Source: Eledone cirrhosa (Eukaryota). From it: a DNA stretch of 64,000 bases. Below are positions 23,801 through 37,311 of the stretch, in pieces. Location of the stretch: assembly GCA_964016885.1 (NCBI GenBank), contig CAXHJY010000264.1:372001-436000 (forward strand), in the 5' to 3' direction. Position numbers and translations under genes: made by a program. The notes beneath the pieces are model-generated. The model was not told the origin of the DNA. It saw nothing but the letters and a program-made list of their open reading frames with translations, and did not search any database. How positions within the stretch are numbered: position 1 is the first letter of the stretch; each line of letters begins with the position of its first letter.

Positions 23801-26800
23801 ATGTCTATACCATCAGTCTCCTCTCCTACACACTACATCTGATTCCTCTTATACCTAGTTTCTCTCTCAGTTCATCCATACACGTCACATGTCTATACCA
23901 ACACAATCTCCTCTCCTACACGCTACATCTGATTCCTCTTATACCTAGTTTCTCTCCTAGTTCATCCATATACATCACATGTCTATACCAACAGTCTCCT
24001 CTCCTACACACTACATCTGGTTCCTCTTATACCTAGTTTCTCTCTCTCTCCATCCATACACATCACATGCCTATGCCAACACAGTCTCCTCTCCTACACA
24101 CTACATCTGATTCCTCTTATACCTAGTTTCTCTCTCCATCCATACACATCACATGTCTATACCAACACTGTCTCCTCTCCTACACACTACATCTGATTCC
24201 TCTTATACCTAGTCTCTCTCTCAGTTCATCCATACACATCACATGTCTATACCAACATAGTCTCCTCTCCTACACACTACATCTGATTCCTCTTATACCT
24301 AGTTTCTCTCTCCATCCATACACATCACATGTCTATACCAACACAGTCTCCTCTCCTACACACTACATCTGATTCCTCTCATACCTAGTTTCTCTCTCCA
24401 TCCATACACATCACATGTCTATACCAACACAGTGTCCTCTGCTACACACTACATCTGATTCCTCTTATACCTAGTTTCTCTCTCAGTTCATCCATACACA
24501 TTACATGTCTATACCAACAGTCTCCTCCCCTACACTCTACATCTGATTCCTCTTATACCTAGCTTCTCTCTCCATCCATACACATCACATGTCTATACCA
24601 ACACAGTCTAGTCTCCTACGCACTACATCTGATTCCTCTTATACCTAGTTTCTCTCTCAGTTCATCCATACACATCACATGTCTATACCAACAGTCTCCT
24701 CTCCTACACACTACATCTGATTCCTCTTATACCTCGTTTCTCTCTCCAACCATACACATCACATGTCTATACCAACACAGTCTCCTCTCCTAAACACTAC
24801 ATCTGATTCCTCTTATACCTAGTTTCTCTCCCAGTTCATCCATACACATCACATGTCTATACCATCAGTCTCCTCTCCTACACACTACATCTGATTCCTC
24901 TTATACCTAGTTTCTCTCTCAGTTCATCCATACACGTCACATGTCTATACCAACACAATCTCCTCTCCTACACGCTACATCTGATTCCTCTTATACCTAG
25001 TTTCTCTCTCTCTCCATCCATACACATCACATGTCTAAACCAACACAGTCTCCTCTGCTACACTCTATATCTGATTCCTCTAACACCCAGATTCTCTCTC
25101 AGTCCATCCATACACATCACATGTCTATACCAACACAGTCTCCTCTCCTACACACGACATCTGATTCCTCTTATACCTAGTTTCTCTCTCAGTCCATCCA
25201 TACACATCACATGTTATATACCAACACTGTCTCCTCTCATACACACTACATCTGATTCCTCTTATACCTAGTTTCTCTCTCAGTCCATCCATACACATCA
25301 CATGTCTATACCAACACAGTCTCCTCTCCTACACACTACATCTGATTCCTCTTATACCTAGTTTCTCTCCCAGTTCATCCATACACATTACATGTCTATA
25401 CCAACACAGTCTCCTCTCCTACACACTACATCTGATTCCTTTTATACATAATTTCTCTCTCCATCCATACACATCACATGTCTATACCAACACAGTCTTC
25501 TCTCCTACACACTACATCTGATTCCTCTTAAACCTAGTTTCTCTCTCCATCCATACACATCACATGTCTATACCAACACAAACTCCTCTCCTACACACTA
25601 CATCTGATTCCTCTCATACCTAGTTTCTCTCTCAGTCCATCCATACACATCACATCTCTATACCAACACAGTCTCCCCTCCTACACACTACATCTGATTC
25701 CTCTTATACCTAGTTTTTCTATCAGTTCATCCATACACATCACATGCCTATGCCAACACAGTCTCCTCTCCTACACACTACATCTGATTCCTCTTATACC
25801 TAGTCTCTCTCTCAGTTCATCCATACACATCACATGTCTATACCAACATAGTCTCCTCTCCTACACACTACATCTGATTCCTCTTATACCTAGTTTCTCT
25901 CTCCATCCATACACATCACATGTCTATACCAACACAGTCTCCTCTCCTACACACTACATCTGATTCCTCTCATACCTAGTTTCTCTCTCCATCCATACAC
26001 ATCACATGTCTATACCAACACAGTGTCCTCTGCTACACACTACATCTGATTCCTCTTATACCTAGTTTCTCTCTCAGTTCATCCATACACATCACATGTC
26101 TATACCAACACAGTCTCCTCTCCTACACACTACATCTGATTCCTCTCATACCTAGTTTCTCTCTCCATCCATACACATCACATGTCTATACCAACACAGT
26201 CTCCTCTCCTACACACTACATCTGATTCCTCTTATAGCTACTTTCTCTCTCAGTCCATCCATACACATCACATGTCTATAGCAACACAGTGTCCTCTCCT
26301 ACACACTACATCTGATTCCTCTTATACTTAGTTTCTTTCCCAGTTCATCCATACACATCACATGTCTATACAAACACAGTCTCCTCTCCTACACCCTACA
26401 TCTGATTCCTCTTATACCTAGTTTCTCTCTCTGTCCATCCATACACATCACATGTCTATACCAACACAGTCTCCTCTCATACACACTACATCTGATTCCT
26501 CTTATACCTAGTTTCTCTCTCAGTTCATCCATACACATCACATGTCTATACCAACAGTCTCCTCTCCTACACACTACATCTGATTCCTCTTATACCTCGT
26601 TTCTCTCTCCAACCATACACATCACATGTCTATACCAACACAGTCTCCTCTCCTACATCTATTTCCTCTCATACCTAGTTTCTCTTTCAGTTCATCCATA
26701 CACATCACATGTCTATACCAACAGTCTCCTCTCCTACAAACTACATCTGATTCCTCTTATACCTAGTTTCTCTCTCAGTTCATCCATACACATCACATGT

Positions 26801-29800
26801 CTATACCAACACAGTCTCCTCTCCTAAACACTACATCTGATTCCTCTTATACCTAGTTTCTCTCCCAGTTCATCCATACACATCACATGTCTATACCATC
26901 AGTCTCCTCTCATACACACTACATCTGATTCCTCTTATACCTAGTTTCTCTCTCAGTTCATCCATACACGTCACATGTCTATACCAACACAATCTCCTCT
27001 CCTACACACTACATCTGATTCCTCTTATACCTAGTTTCTCTCTCAGTTCATCCATACACAGCACATGTCTAAACCAACAGTCTCCTCTCCTACACGCTAC
27101 ATCTGATTCCTCTTATACCTAGTTCATCCATATACATCACATGTCTATACCAACAGTCTCCTCTCCTACACACTACATCTGATTCCTCTTATACCTAGTT
27201 TCTCTCTCTCTCCATCCATACACATCACATGTCTAAACCAACACAGTCTCCTCTGCTACACTCTATATCTGATTCCTCTAACACCCAGATTCTCTCTCAG
27301 TCCATCCATACACATCACATGTCTATACCAACACAGTCTTCTCTCCTACACACGACATCTGATTCCTCTTATACCTAGTTTCTCTCTCAGTCCATCCATA
27401 CACATCACATGTCTATACCAACACAGTCTTCTCTCCTACACACGACATCTGATTCCTCTTATACCTAGTTTCTCTCTCAGTCCATCCATACACATCACAT
27501 GTTATATACCAACACAGTCTCCTCTCATACACACTACATCTGATTCCTCTTATACCTAGTTTCTCTCTCAGTCCATCCATACACATTACATGTCTATACC
27601 AACACAGTCTCCTCTCCTACACACTACATCTGATTCCTTTTATACATAATTTCTCTCTCCATCCATACACATCACATGTCTATACCAACACAGTCTTCTC
27701 TCCTACACACTACATCTGATTCCTCTTAAACCTAGTTTCTCTCTCCATCCATACACATCACATGTCTATACCAACACAAACTCCTCTCCTACACACTACA
27801 TCTGATTCCTCTCATACCTAGTTTCTCTCTCAGTCCATCCATACACATCACATCTCTATACCAACACAGTCTCCCCTCCTACACACTACATCTGATTCCT
27901 CTTATACCTAGTTTTTCTATCAGTTCATCCATACACATCACATGCCTATGCCAACACAGTCTCCTCTCCTACACACTACATCTGATTCCTCTTATACCTA
28001 GTTTCTCTCTCCATCCATACACATCACATGTCTATACCAACGCAGTCTCCTCTCCTACACACTACATCTGATTCCTCTTATACCTAGTTTCTCTCTCCAT
28101 CCATACACATCACATGTCTATACCAACACTGTCTCCTCTCCTACACACTACATCTGATTCCTCTTATACCTAGTCTCTCTCTCAGTTCATCCATACACAT
28201 CACATGTCTATACCAACATAGTCTCCTCTCCTACACACTACATCTGATTCCTCTTATACCTAGTTTCTCTCTCCATCCATACACATCACATGTCTATACC
28301 AACACAGTCTCCTCTCCTACACACTACATCTGATTCCTCTCATACCTAGTTTCTCTCTCCATCCATACACATCACATGTCTATACCAACACAGTGTCCTC
28401 TGCTACACACTACATCTGATTCCTCTTATACCTAGTTTCTCTCTCAGTTCATCCATACACATCACATGTCTATACCAACACAGTCTCCTCTCCTACACAC
28501 TACATCTGATTCCTCTTATACCTAGTTTCTCTCTCCATCCATACACATCACATGTCTATACCAACACAGTCTCCTCTCCTACACACTACATCTGATTCCT
28601 CTTATAGCTACTTTCTCTCTCAGTTCATCCATACACATCACATGTCTATACCAACACAGTGTCCTCTCCTACACACTACATCTGATTCCTCTTATACTTA
28701 GTTTCTTTCCCAGTTCATCCATACACATCACATGTCTATACAAACACAGTCTCCTCTCCTACACCCTACATCTGATTCCTCTTATACCTAGTTTCTCTCT
28801 CTGTCCATCCATACACACCACATGTCTATACCAACACAGTCTCCTCTCATACACACTACATCTGATTCCTCTTATACCTAGTTTCTCTCTCCATCCATAC
28901 ACATCACATGTCTATACCAACACGGTCTCATCTCCTACACTCTACATCTGATTCCTCTTATACCTAGTTTCTCTCTCAGTTCATCCATACACATCACATT
29001 TCTATACCAACACAGTCTCCTCTCCTACACACTATATCTGATTCCTCTTATACCTAGTTTCTCTCTCCATCCATACACATCACATGTCTATACCAACACA
29101 GTCTCCTCTCCTACACACAACATCTGATTCCTCTTATAGCTACTTTCTCTCTCAGTTCATCCATACACATCACATGTCTATACCAACACAGTCTCCTCTC
29201 CTACACGCTACATGTGATTCCTCTTATACCTAGTTTCTCTCCCAGTTCATCCATACACATCACATGTCTATACCAATACAGTCTTCTCTCCTACACACTA
29301 CATCTGATTCCTCTTATACCTAGTTTCTCTCTCCATCCATACACATCACATGTCTATACCAACGCATTCTCCTCTCCTACACACTACATCTGATTCCTCT
29401 TATACCTAGTTTCTCTCTCAGTTCATCCATACACATCACATGTCTATACCAACAGTCTCCTCTCCTACATCTCATTCCTCTTATACCTAGTTTCACTCTC
29501 AGTCCATCCATACACATCACATGTCTATACCAGCAGTCTCCTCTCCTACACACTACATATGATTCCTCTTATACCTAGTTTCTCTCTCCATCCATACACA
29601 TCACATGTCTATACCAACACAGTCTCCTCTCCTACACACTACATCTGATTCCTCTTATACCTAGTTTCTCTCTCCATCCATACACATCACATGTCTATAC
29701 CAACGCAGTCTCCTCTCCTACACATTACATCTGATTCCTCTTATACCTAGTTTCTCTCTTAGTTCATTCATACACATCACATGTCTATACCAACACAGTC

Positions 29801-30617
29801 TCCACTCCTACATCTGATTCCTCTTATACCTAGTTTCTCTCTCAGTTCATTCATACACATCACATGTCTATACCAACACAGTCTCCTCTCCTACACACTA
29901 CATCTGATTTCTCTTATACTTAGTTTCTTTCCCAGTTCATCCATACACATCACATGTCTATACCAACACAGTCTCCTCTCCTACACTCTACATCTGATTC
30001 CTCTGATACCTATTTTCTCTCTCCATCCATACACATCACATGTCAATACCAACACAGTCTCCTCTCCTACACACTACATCTGATTCCTTTTATACCTAGT
30101 TTCTCTCAGTTCATCCATACACATCACATGACTATACCAACAGTCTCCTCTCATACACACTACATCTGATTCCTCTTATACCTAGTCTCTCTCTCAGTTC
30201 ATCCATACACATCACATGTCTATAGCAACACAGTCTTCTCTCCTACTAACTACATCTGATTCCTCTTATACCTAGTTTCTCTCTCAGTTCATCCATACAC
30301 ATCATATGTCTATACCAACACAGTCTCCTCTCCTACACACTACATCTGATTCCTCTTATACCTAGTTTCTCTCTCCATCCATACACATCACATGTCTATA
30401 CCAACACAGTCTTCTCTCCTACACACTACATCTGATTCCTCTTATACCTAGTCTCTCTCTCAGTCCATCCATACACATCACATGTCTATATCAACGCAGT
30501 CTCCTCTCCTACACATTACATCTGATTCCTTTTATACCTAGTTTCTCTCTTAGTTCATTCATACACATCACATGTCTATACCAACACAGTCTCTTCTCCT
30601 ACATCTGATTCCTCTTA

Positions 30618-31264
30618 TAATAATAATAATAATGAAATTATTGTGTACAGTGCTCAGGTGCACTACAACTCATCAAAGGTGCATGTATAGTACATAGAAT
30701 AATGTACAAATGTCAGGAAAATAAACAGTGTATGAGTCATGATATAATAACAATAACGAAATATTGTGCACAGTGCCCAGGTGCACCACAACTCATCAAA
30801 AAAGTGCATGTACAGTACATAGGGCAATGCACAAACATCAGTAAAATGAACAGTGCACGAGTCATGATACACACGTGTGCATGTGTATGGAAGGGGTACA
30901 TCAGGTGTAGTTTTGGCGTATTTTGGGAAGCATGAGTGTCTTAAAGGATGCAGTGTCTCGGCAGCTAACAATTGACGCAGGCAGTTTGTTCCATGCTTCA
31001 GCAACTCTGAGCGTGAAAAAATGTCTGCGAAAGTCATGGGAGCTGTGCTGTTTTCTTATCTTGTAGGCATGTCCACGTGTGTTAGACACATGGAGATCAA
31101 AGAGGCGCTCAGGGTTGCAGTTGGCGAGATAGTTAAAAACTTTGTGGGTATTCACCAAGTCCATTGCCAGACGTCGGAGCTTCAATGAATCCATGCCCAG
31201 GGAAGCAAGGCGTTCAGAGTATGGTAGGTGTCTGATGGAGAGTATACGCTTGGTTGCACGTCCC
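30618..31264 (-). mobile_element. CR1-clade LINE, short 5'-truncated insertion, copy 1
   Basis: ORF2 C-terminus MDSLKLRRL...SNTRGHAYKI...RRHFFTLRVAEAWNKLP, 3' UTR and (TTA)n tail. Confidence 0.92.
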
Positions 31265-34200
31265 TATACCTAGTTTCTCTCTCAGTCCATCCATACACAT
31301 CACATGTCTATACCAACACAGTCTCCTCTCCTACACACTACATCTGATTTCTCTTATACTTAGTTTCTTTCCCAGTTCATCCATACACATCACATGTCTA
31401 TACAAACACAGTCTCCTCTCCTACACATTACATCTGATTCCTTTTATACCTAGTTTCTCCCAGTTCATCCATACACATCACATGTCTATACTAACAGTCT
31501 CCTCTCCTACACACTACATCTGATACCTCTTATACCTAGTTTCTCTCTATATCCATACACATCACATGTCTATACCAACGCATTCTCCTCTCCTACACAC
31601 TACATCTGATTCCTCTTATACCTAGTTTCTCTCTCAGTTCATCCATACACATCACATGTCTATACCAACACAGTCTTCTCTCCTACATCTCATTCCGCTT
31701 ATACCTAGTTTCTCTCTCAGTCCATCCATACACATCACATGTCTATACCAGCAGTCTCCTCTCCTACACACTACCTAGTTTCTCTCTCCATCCATACACA
31801 TCACATGTCTATACCAACACAGTCTCCTCTCCTACATCTCATTCCTCTTATACCTAGTTTCTCTCTCAGTCCATCCATACACATCACATGTCTATACCAG
31901 CAGTCTCCTCTCCTACTCACTACATATGATTCCTCTTATACCTAGTTTCTCTCTCCATCCATACACATCACATGTCTATACCAATACAGTCTCCTCTCCT
32001 ACACTCTACATCTGATTCCTCTTATACATAGTTTCACTCTCAGTCCATGCATACACATCACATGTCTATACCAACAAAGTCTCCTCTCCTACACACTACA
32101 TCTGATTCCTCTTATACCTATTTTCTCTCTCAGTCCATCCATACACATCACATGTCTATACCAACACAGTCTCCTCTCCTACATCTGATTCCTCTTATAC
32201 CTAGTTTCTCTCTCAGTTCATTCATACACATCACATGTCTATACCAACACAGTTTCCTCTCCTACACACTACATCTGATTTCTCTTATACTTAGTTTCTT
32301 TCCCAGTTCATCCATACACATCACATGTCTATACAAACACAGTCTCCTCTCCTACACACTACATCTGATTCCTCTTATACATAGTTTCTCTCTCCATCCA
32401 TACACATCACATGTCTATACCAATACAGTCTCCTCTCCTACACACTACATCTGATTCCTCTTATACCTAGTTTCTCTCCCAGTTCATCCATACACATCAT
32501 ATGTCTATACCAACGCAGTCTCCTCTCCAACACACTACATCTGATTCCTCTCATACCTAGTTTCTGTCTCCATCCATACACATCACATGTCTATACCAAC
32601 ACAGACTCCTCTCCTACACACTACATCTGATTCCCCTTATACCTAGTTTCTCTCTTAGTTCAACCATACACATCACATGTCTATACCAACAGTCTCCTCT
32701 CCTACACACTACATCTGATTTCTCTTATACTTAGTTTCTTTCCCAGTTCATCCATACACATCACATGTCTATACCAACACAGTCTCCTCTCCTACACACT
32801 ACATCTGATTCCTTTTATACTTAGTTTCTTTCCCAGTTCATCCATACGCATCACATGTCTATACCAACACAGTCTCCTCTCCTACACACTACATCTGATT
32901 CCTTTTATACCTAGTTTCTCTCAGTTCATCCATACACATCACATGACTATACCAACAGTCTCCTCTCCTACACACTACATCTGATTCCTCTTATACCTAG
33001 TTTCTCTCTCAGTTCATCCATACACATCACATGTCTATACCAACACAGTCTCCTCTCCTACATCTGATTCCTCTTATACCTAGTTTCTCTCTCAGTCCAT
33101 CCATACACATCACATGTCTATACGAGCAGTCTCCTCTCCTACACACTACATATGATTCCTCTTATACCTAGTTTCTCTCTCCATCCATACACATCACAAG
33201 TCTATACCAACACAGTCTTCTCTCCTACACACTACAGATAATTCCTCTCATACCTAGTTTCTCTCTCCATCGATACACATCACGTGTCTATACCAATACA
33301 GTCTCCTCTCCTACACACTACATCTGATTCCTCTTATACCTAGTTTCTCTCTCCATCCATACACATCACATGTCTATACCAACACAGTCTCCTCTCCTTC
33401 ACACTACATCTGATTCCTCTTATACCTAGTTTCCATCTCCATCCATACACATCACATGTTATATACCAACACAGTCTCCTCTCCTACACTCTACATCTGA
33501 TTCCTCTTATACCTAGTTTCTCTCCCAGTTCATCCATACACATCACATGACTATACCAACACAGTCTCCTCTCCTACACACTACATCTGATTCCTCTTAT
33601 ACCTAGTTTCTCTCTCCATCCATACACATCACATGTCTATACCAACAGTCTCCTCTCCTACACACTACATCTGATACCTCTTATACCTAGTTTCTCTCTC
33701 CATCCATACACATCACATGTCTATACCAACGCAGTCTCCTCTCATACACACTACATCTGATTCCTCTTATACCTAGTGTCTCTCTCCATCCATACACATT
33801 ACATGTCTATACCAACAGTCTCCTCTCCTACACACTACATCTGATTCCTCTTATACCTAGTTTCTCTCTCAGTTCATCCATACACATCACATGTCTATAC
33901 CAACACAGTCTCCTCTCCTACATCTGATTCCTCTTATACCTAGTTTCTCTCTCAGTCCATCCATACACATCACATGTCTATACCAACACAGTCTCCTCTC
34001 CTACACACTACATCTGATTCCTCTTATACCTAGTTTCTCTCTCAGTCCATCCATACACATCACATGTCTATACCAACACAGTCTCCTCTCCTACACATTA
34101 CATCTGATTCCTCTTATACAGTTTCTCTTAGTTCATTCATACACATCACATGTGTATACCAACACAGTCTCCTCTCCTACATCTGATTCCTCTTATACCT

Positions 34201-35091
34201 AGTTTCTCTCTCAGTCCATCCATACACATCACATGTCTATACCAACACAGTCTCCTCTCCTACACATTACATCTGATTCCTCTTATACATAGTTTCTCTC
34301 TTAGTTCATTCATACACATCACATGTCTATACCAACACAGTCTCCTCTCCTACACACTACATCTGATTCCTCTTATATCTAGTTTCTCTCTCAGTCCATC
34401 CATACACATCACATGTCTATACCAACAGTCTCCTCTCTTACACACTACATCTGATTCCTCTTATACCTAGTTTCTCTCTCACTTCATCCATACACATCAT
34501 ATGTCTATACCAACACAGTCTCCTCTCCTACACACTATATCTGATTCCTCTCTTACCTAGTTTCTCTCTCCATCCATACACATCACATGTCTATACCAAC
34601 ACAGTCTCCTCTCCTACACACTACATCTGATTCCTCTTATACTTAGTTTTTCTCCCAGTTCATCCATACACATCACATGTCTATACCAACACAGTCTCCT
34701 CTCCTACACACTACATCTGATTCCTCTTATACCTAGTTTCTCTCTCAGTCCATCCATACACATCACATGTCTATACCAACACAGTCTCCTCTCCTACACA
34801 CTACATCTGATACCTCTTATACCTAGTTTCTCTCTCCATCCATACACATCACATGTCTATACCAACGCAGTCTCCTCTCATACACACTACATCTGATTCC
34901 TCTGATACCTAGTTTCTCTCTCCATCCATACACATCACATGTCTATACCAACACAGTCTCCTCTCCTACACACTACATCTGATTCCTCTCATACCTAGTT
35001 TCTCTCTCAGTCCATCCATACACATCACATGTCTATACTAACACAGACTCCTCTCCTACACACTACATCTGATTCCTCGTATACCTAGTTT

Positions 35092-37311
35092 AAATAACAA
35101 TAATTAAATTATTGTGTACAGTGCTCAGGTGCACTACAACTCATCAAAGGTGCATGTATAGTACATAGAATAATGTACAAATGTCAGGAAAATAAACAGT
35201 GTATGAGTCATGATATAATAACAATAACAATAATGAAATATTGTGTACAGTGCCCAGGTGCACCACAACTCATCAAAAAAGTACATGTACAGTACATAGG
35301 GCAATGCACAAACATCAGTAAAATGAACAGTGCACGAGTCATGATACACACATGTGTGCATGTGTATGGAAGGGGTACATCAGGTGCAGTTTTGGCGTAT
35401 TTCGGGAAGCATGAGTGTCTTAAAGGATGCAGTGTCTCGGCAGCTAACAATTGACGCAGGCAGTTTGTTCCATGCTTCAGCAACTCTGAGTGTGAAAAAA
35501 TGTCTGCGAAAGTCATGGGAGCTGTGCTGTTTTCTTATCTTGTAGGCATGTCCACGTGTGTTAGACACATGGAGATCAAAGAGGCGCTCAGGGTTGCAGT
35601 TGGCGAGATGGTTAAAAACTTTGTGGCTATTCACCAAGTCCATTGCCAGACGTCGGAGCTTTAATGAATCCATGCCCAGGGAAGCAAGGCGTTCAGAGTA
35701 TGGTAGGTGTCTGATGGAGGGTATGCGCTTGGTTGCACGTCTCTGAACAGTTTCCAGGAGGTCAATGTTCCGAGTAAGATAGGGGTTCCAGACTGATGAT
35801 GCGAATTCCAAGTGTGGTCGCACCATAGCTGTATACAGTTTTAAATAGATGGCTGGAGAGCGGCTAACAAAGGTCTTGCTGAGTGATGCCAAGACACCCT
35901 CGGCCTTCTTGACAATCTTAGAGACATGCTTTGTCCAACGCAAATCGTTGCTGACAGTAATGCCCAGGTCACGTTCACAAGAGGACTTTTTGATGTCAGT
36001 GTTGTGGAGGGAGTATGTGGACGCTGGATTTTTCCTTCCAAAATGCATGGTGGTACACTTGTCCACAGCCAGCTTCAGTTGCCAGTCTGTGATCCATTGC
36101 TGCATTGTGTCCAGGTCTGATTGTAGGAAAGAGTTGTAAATTTCAAGATCAGTCCTTTTGATTTCAAGGTACAGCTTGATGTCATCTGCATATTTTAGTA
36201 CCGTGGCATTCTGTAAGTTGGCATCTATGTCATTAATATATGCCACAAACAAAAGAGGACCAAGAACAGATCCCTGTGGTACACCAGATGACATCTCATA
36301 TGGTGAAGAATGCTGTCCTAGAACCGTGACTACTTCCTTTCGGCTGAGAATGAAGGATTTCAGCCAGTCGAAAAGATCATCCCTCACACCCATTGCAGAG
36401 AGTTTTGCCATAAGTCTTTTGTGTGGCACAGAATTAAAAGCCTTAGCAAAGTCAAGGTAAACAACATCCACCCATGAGCCGCTGTCAGTGATCCGGGTGA
36501 TATCCTCAAGGAACTCGATAAGCTGATCACAGCAGCTGGAGTTAGGGATAAATCCAAACTGTGAGGGCCGGATGAGGCTGTGAGAGCTCCAGAAGTTCCA
36601 AAGTGTTTCTCTGACACAGGATTCCATCAGTTTGGCCATACAGCTAGTAAGACTGACTGGACGATAGTTGACAGGTGACATGCGGTTGCCCTTTTTGAAC
36701 AGGGGAATGACACTGGCAGTTTTCCACTGCTCCGGAGTAGCACCATTGCTGAGACAGTATTGAAAGAAAAAAGAAAGCTGGCGCAAAAGGAAATCCCCGC
36801 CACGTTTGAGAAGCAGGTATGTCACACCATCAAGACCAGGGGAGGCATAGTTGCGCTTATTCTTAAGGTGACGTCGCAACATTGCAGGTGTAAATTCCAT
36901 AGTTGTTATGGAATTTGATGTTAGAGATGGTGGAGATGGTACATTCTGGTTTTCAACAGTAAAAATACTTGCATAGCACTCAGCAATGAGTTCTGCGCAT
37001 TCCTTGGGATCGTCAGTGATCTAGCTTGTGTGGGGATTGCGAAGAGGACCAACTGGAGAGTGAGGTCTCTGCTTTGAATGAACATATTTCCAGAACACCT
37101 TACTGTCAGGATTGGTTGCGATGCACTGTTCAAATTCAAGCACTGCCTTCTTTGTCACTTGCTTGAAATGGTTAGAAGATTTATTCCGCTTTTTTCTGTT
37201 GGCATCTGATCTATGCAGTTTATATTCCCGTTCAGCGTTCCGACGTTCTTTCCTGGCAAGTCGGACCGCTGAAGTTTCCCAGATTGCACTTTTGGGGTGG
37301 TTATTTTTCCG
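35092..37311 (-). mobile_element. CR1-clade LINE, 2.2-kb 5'-truncated insertion into satellite D
   Basis: RT ORF, 3' UTR with two ~120-bp tandem repeats and an AT-rich tail. The satellite stops at ATACCTAGTTT and resumes at CTCTCAGTCC, with no TSD. Confidence 0.95.
35380..37311 (-). pseudogene. LINE ORF2 reverse transcriptase (CR1 clade); endonuclease domain lost; one in-frame stop at 37021-37023
   Basis: Motifs PLFKKG..NYRPVSLTS, QFGF, YLDFAKAFNSVPH, SGVPQGSVLGPLLF, KYADDIKL, ERDLG, LYTAMVRPHLEFASSVWNP. The frame extends upstream of Met 36900 through KVFWKYV to 37311 with a single TAG. Confidence 0.93.

Noticed and set aside
35380-36900. RT next to a repeat array as a retron, DGR, CRISPR-RT or telomerase-like system
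   Set aside because: Motifs, C-terminus, 3' UTR and tail are those of an ordinary 5'-truncated CR1-clade LINE inserted secondarily. The satellite derives from a different (RTE) clade.
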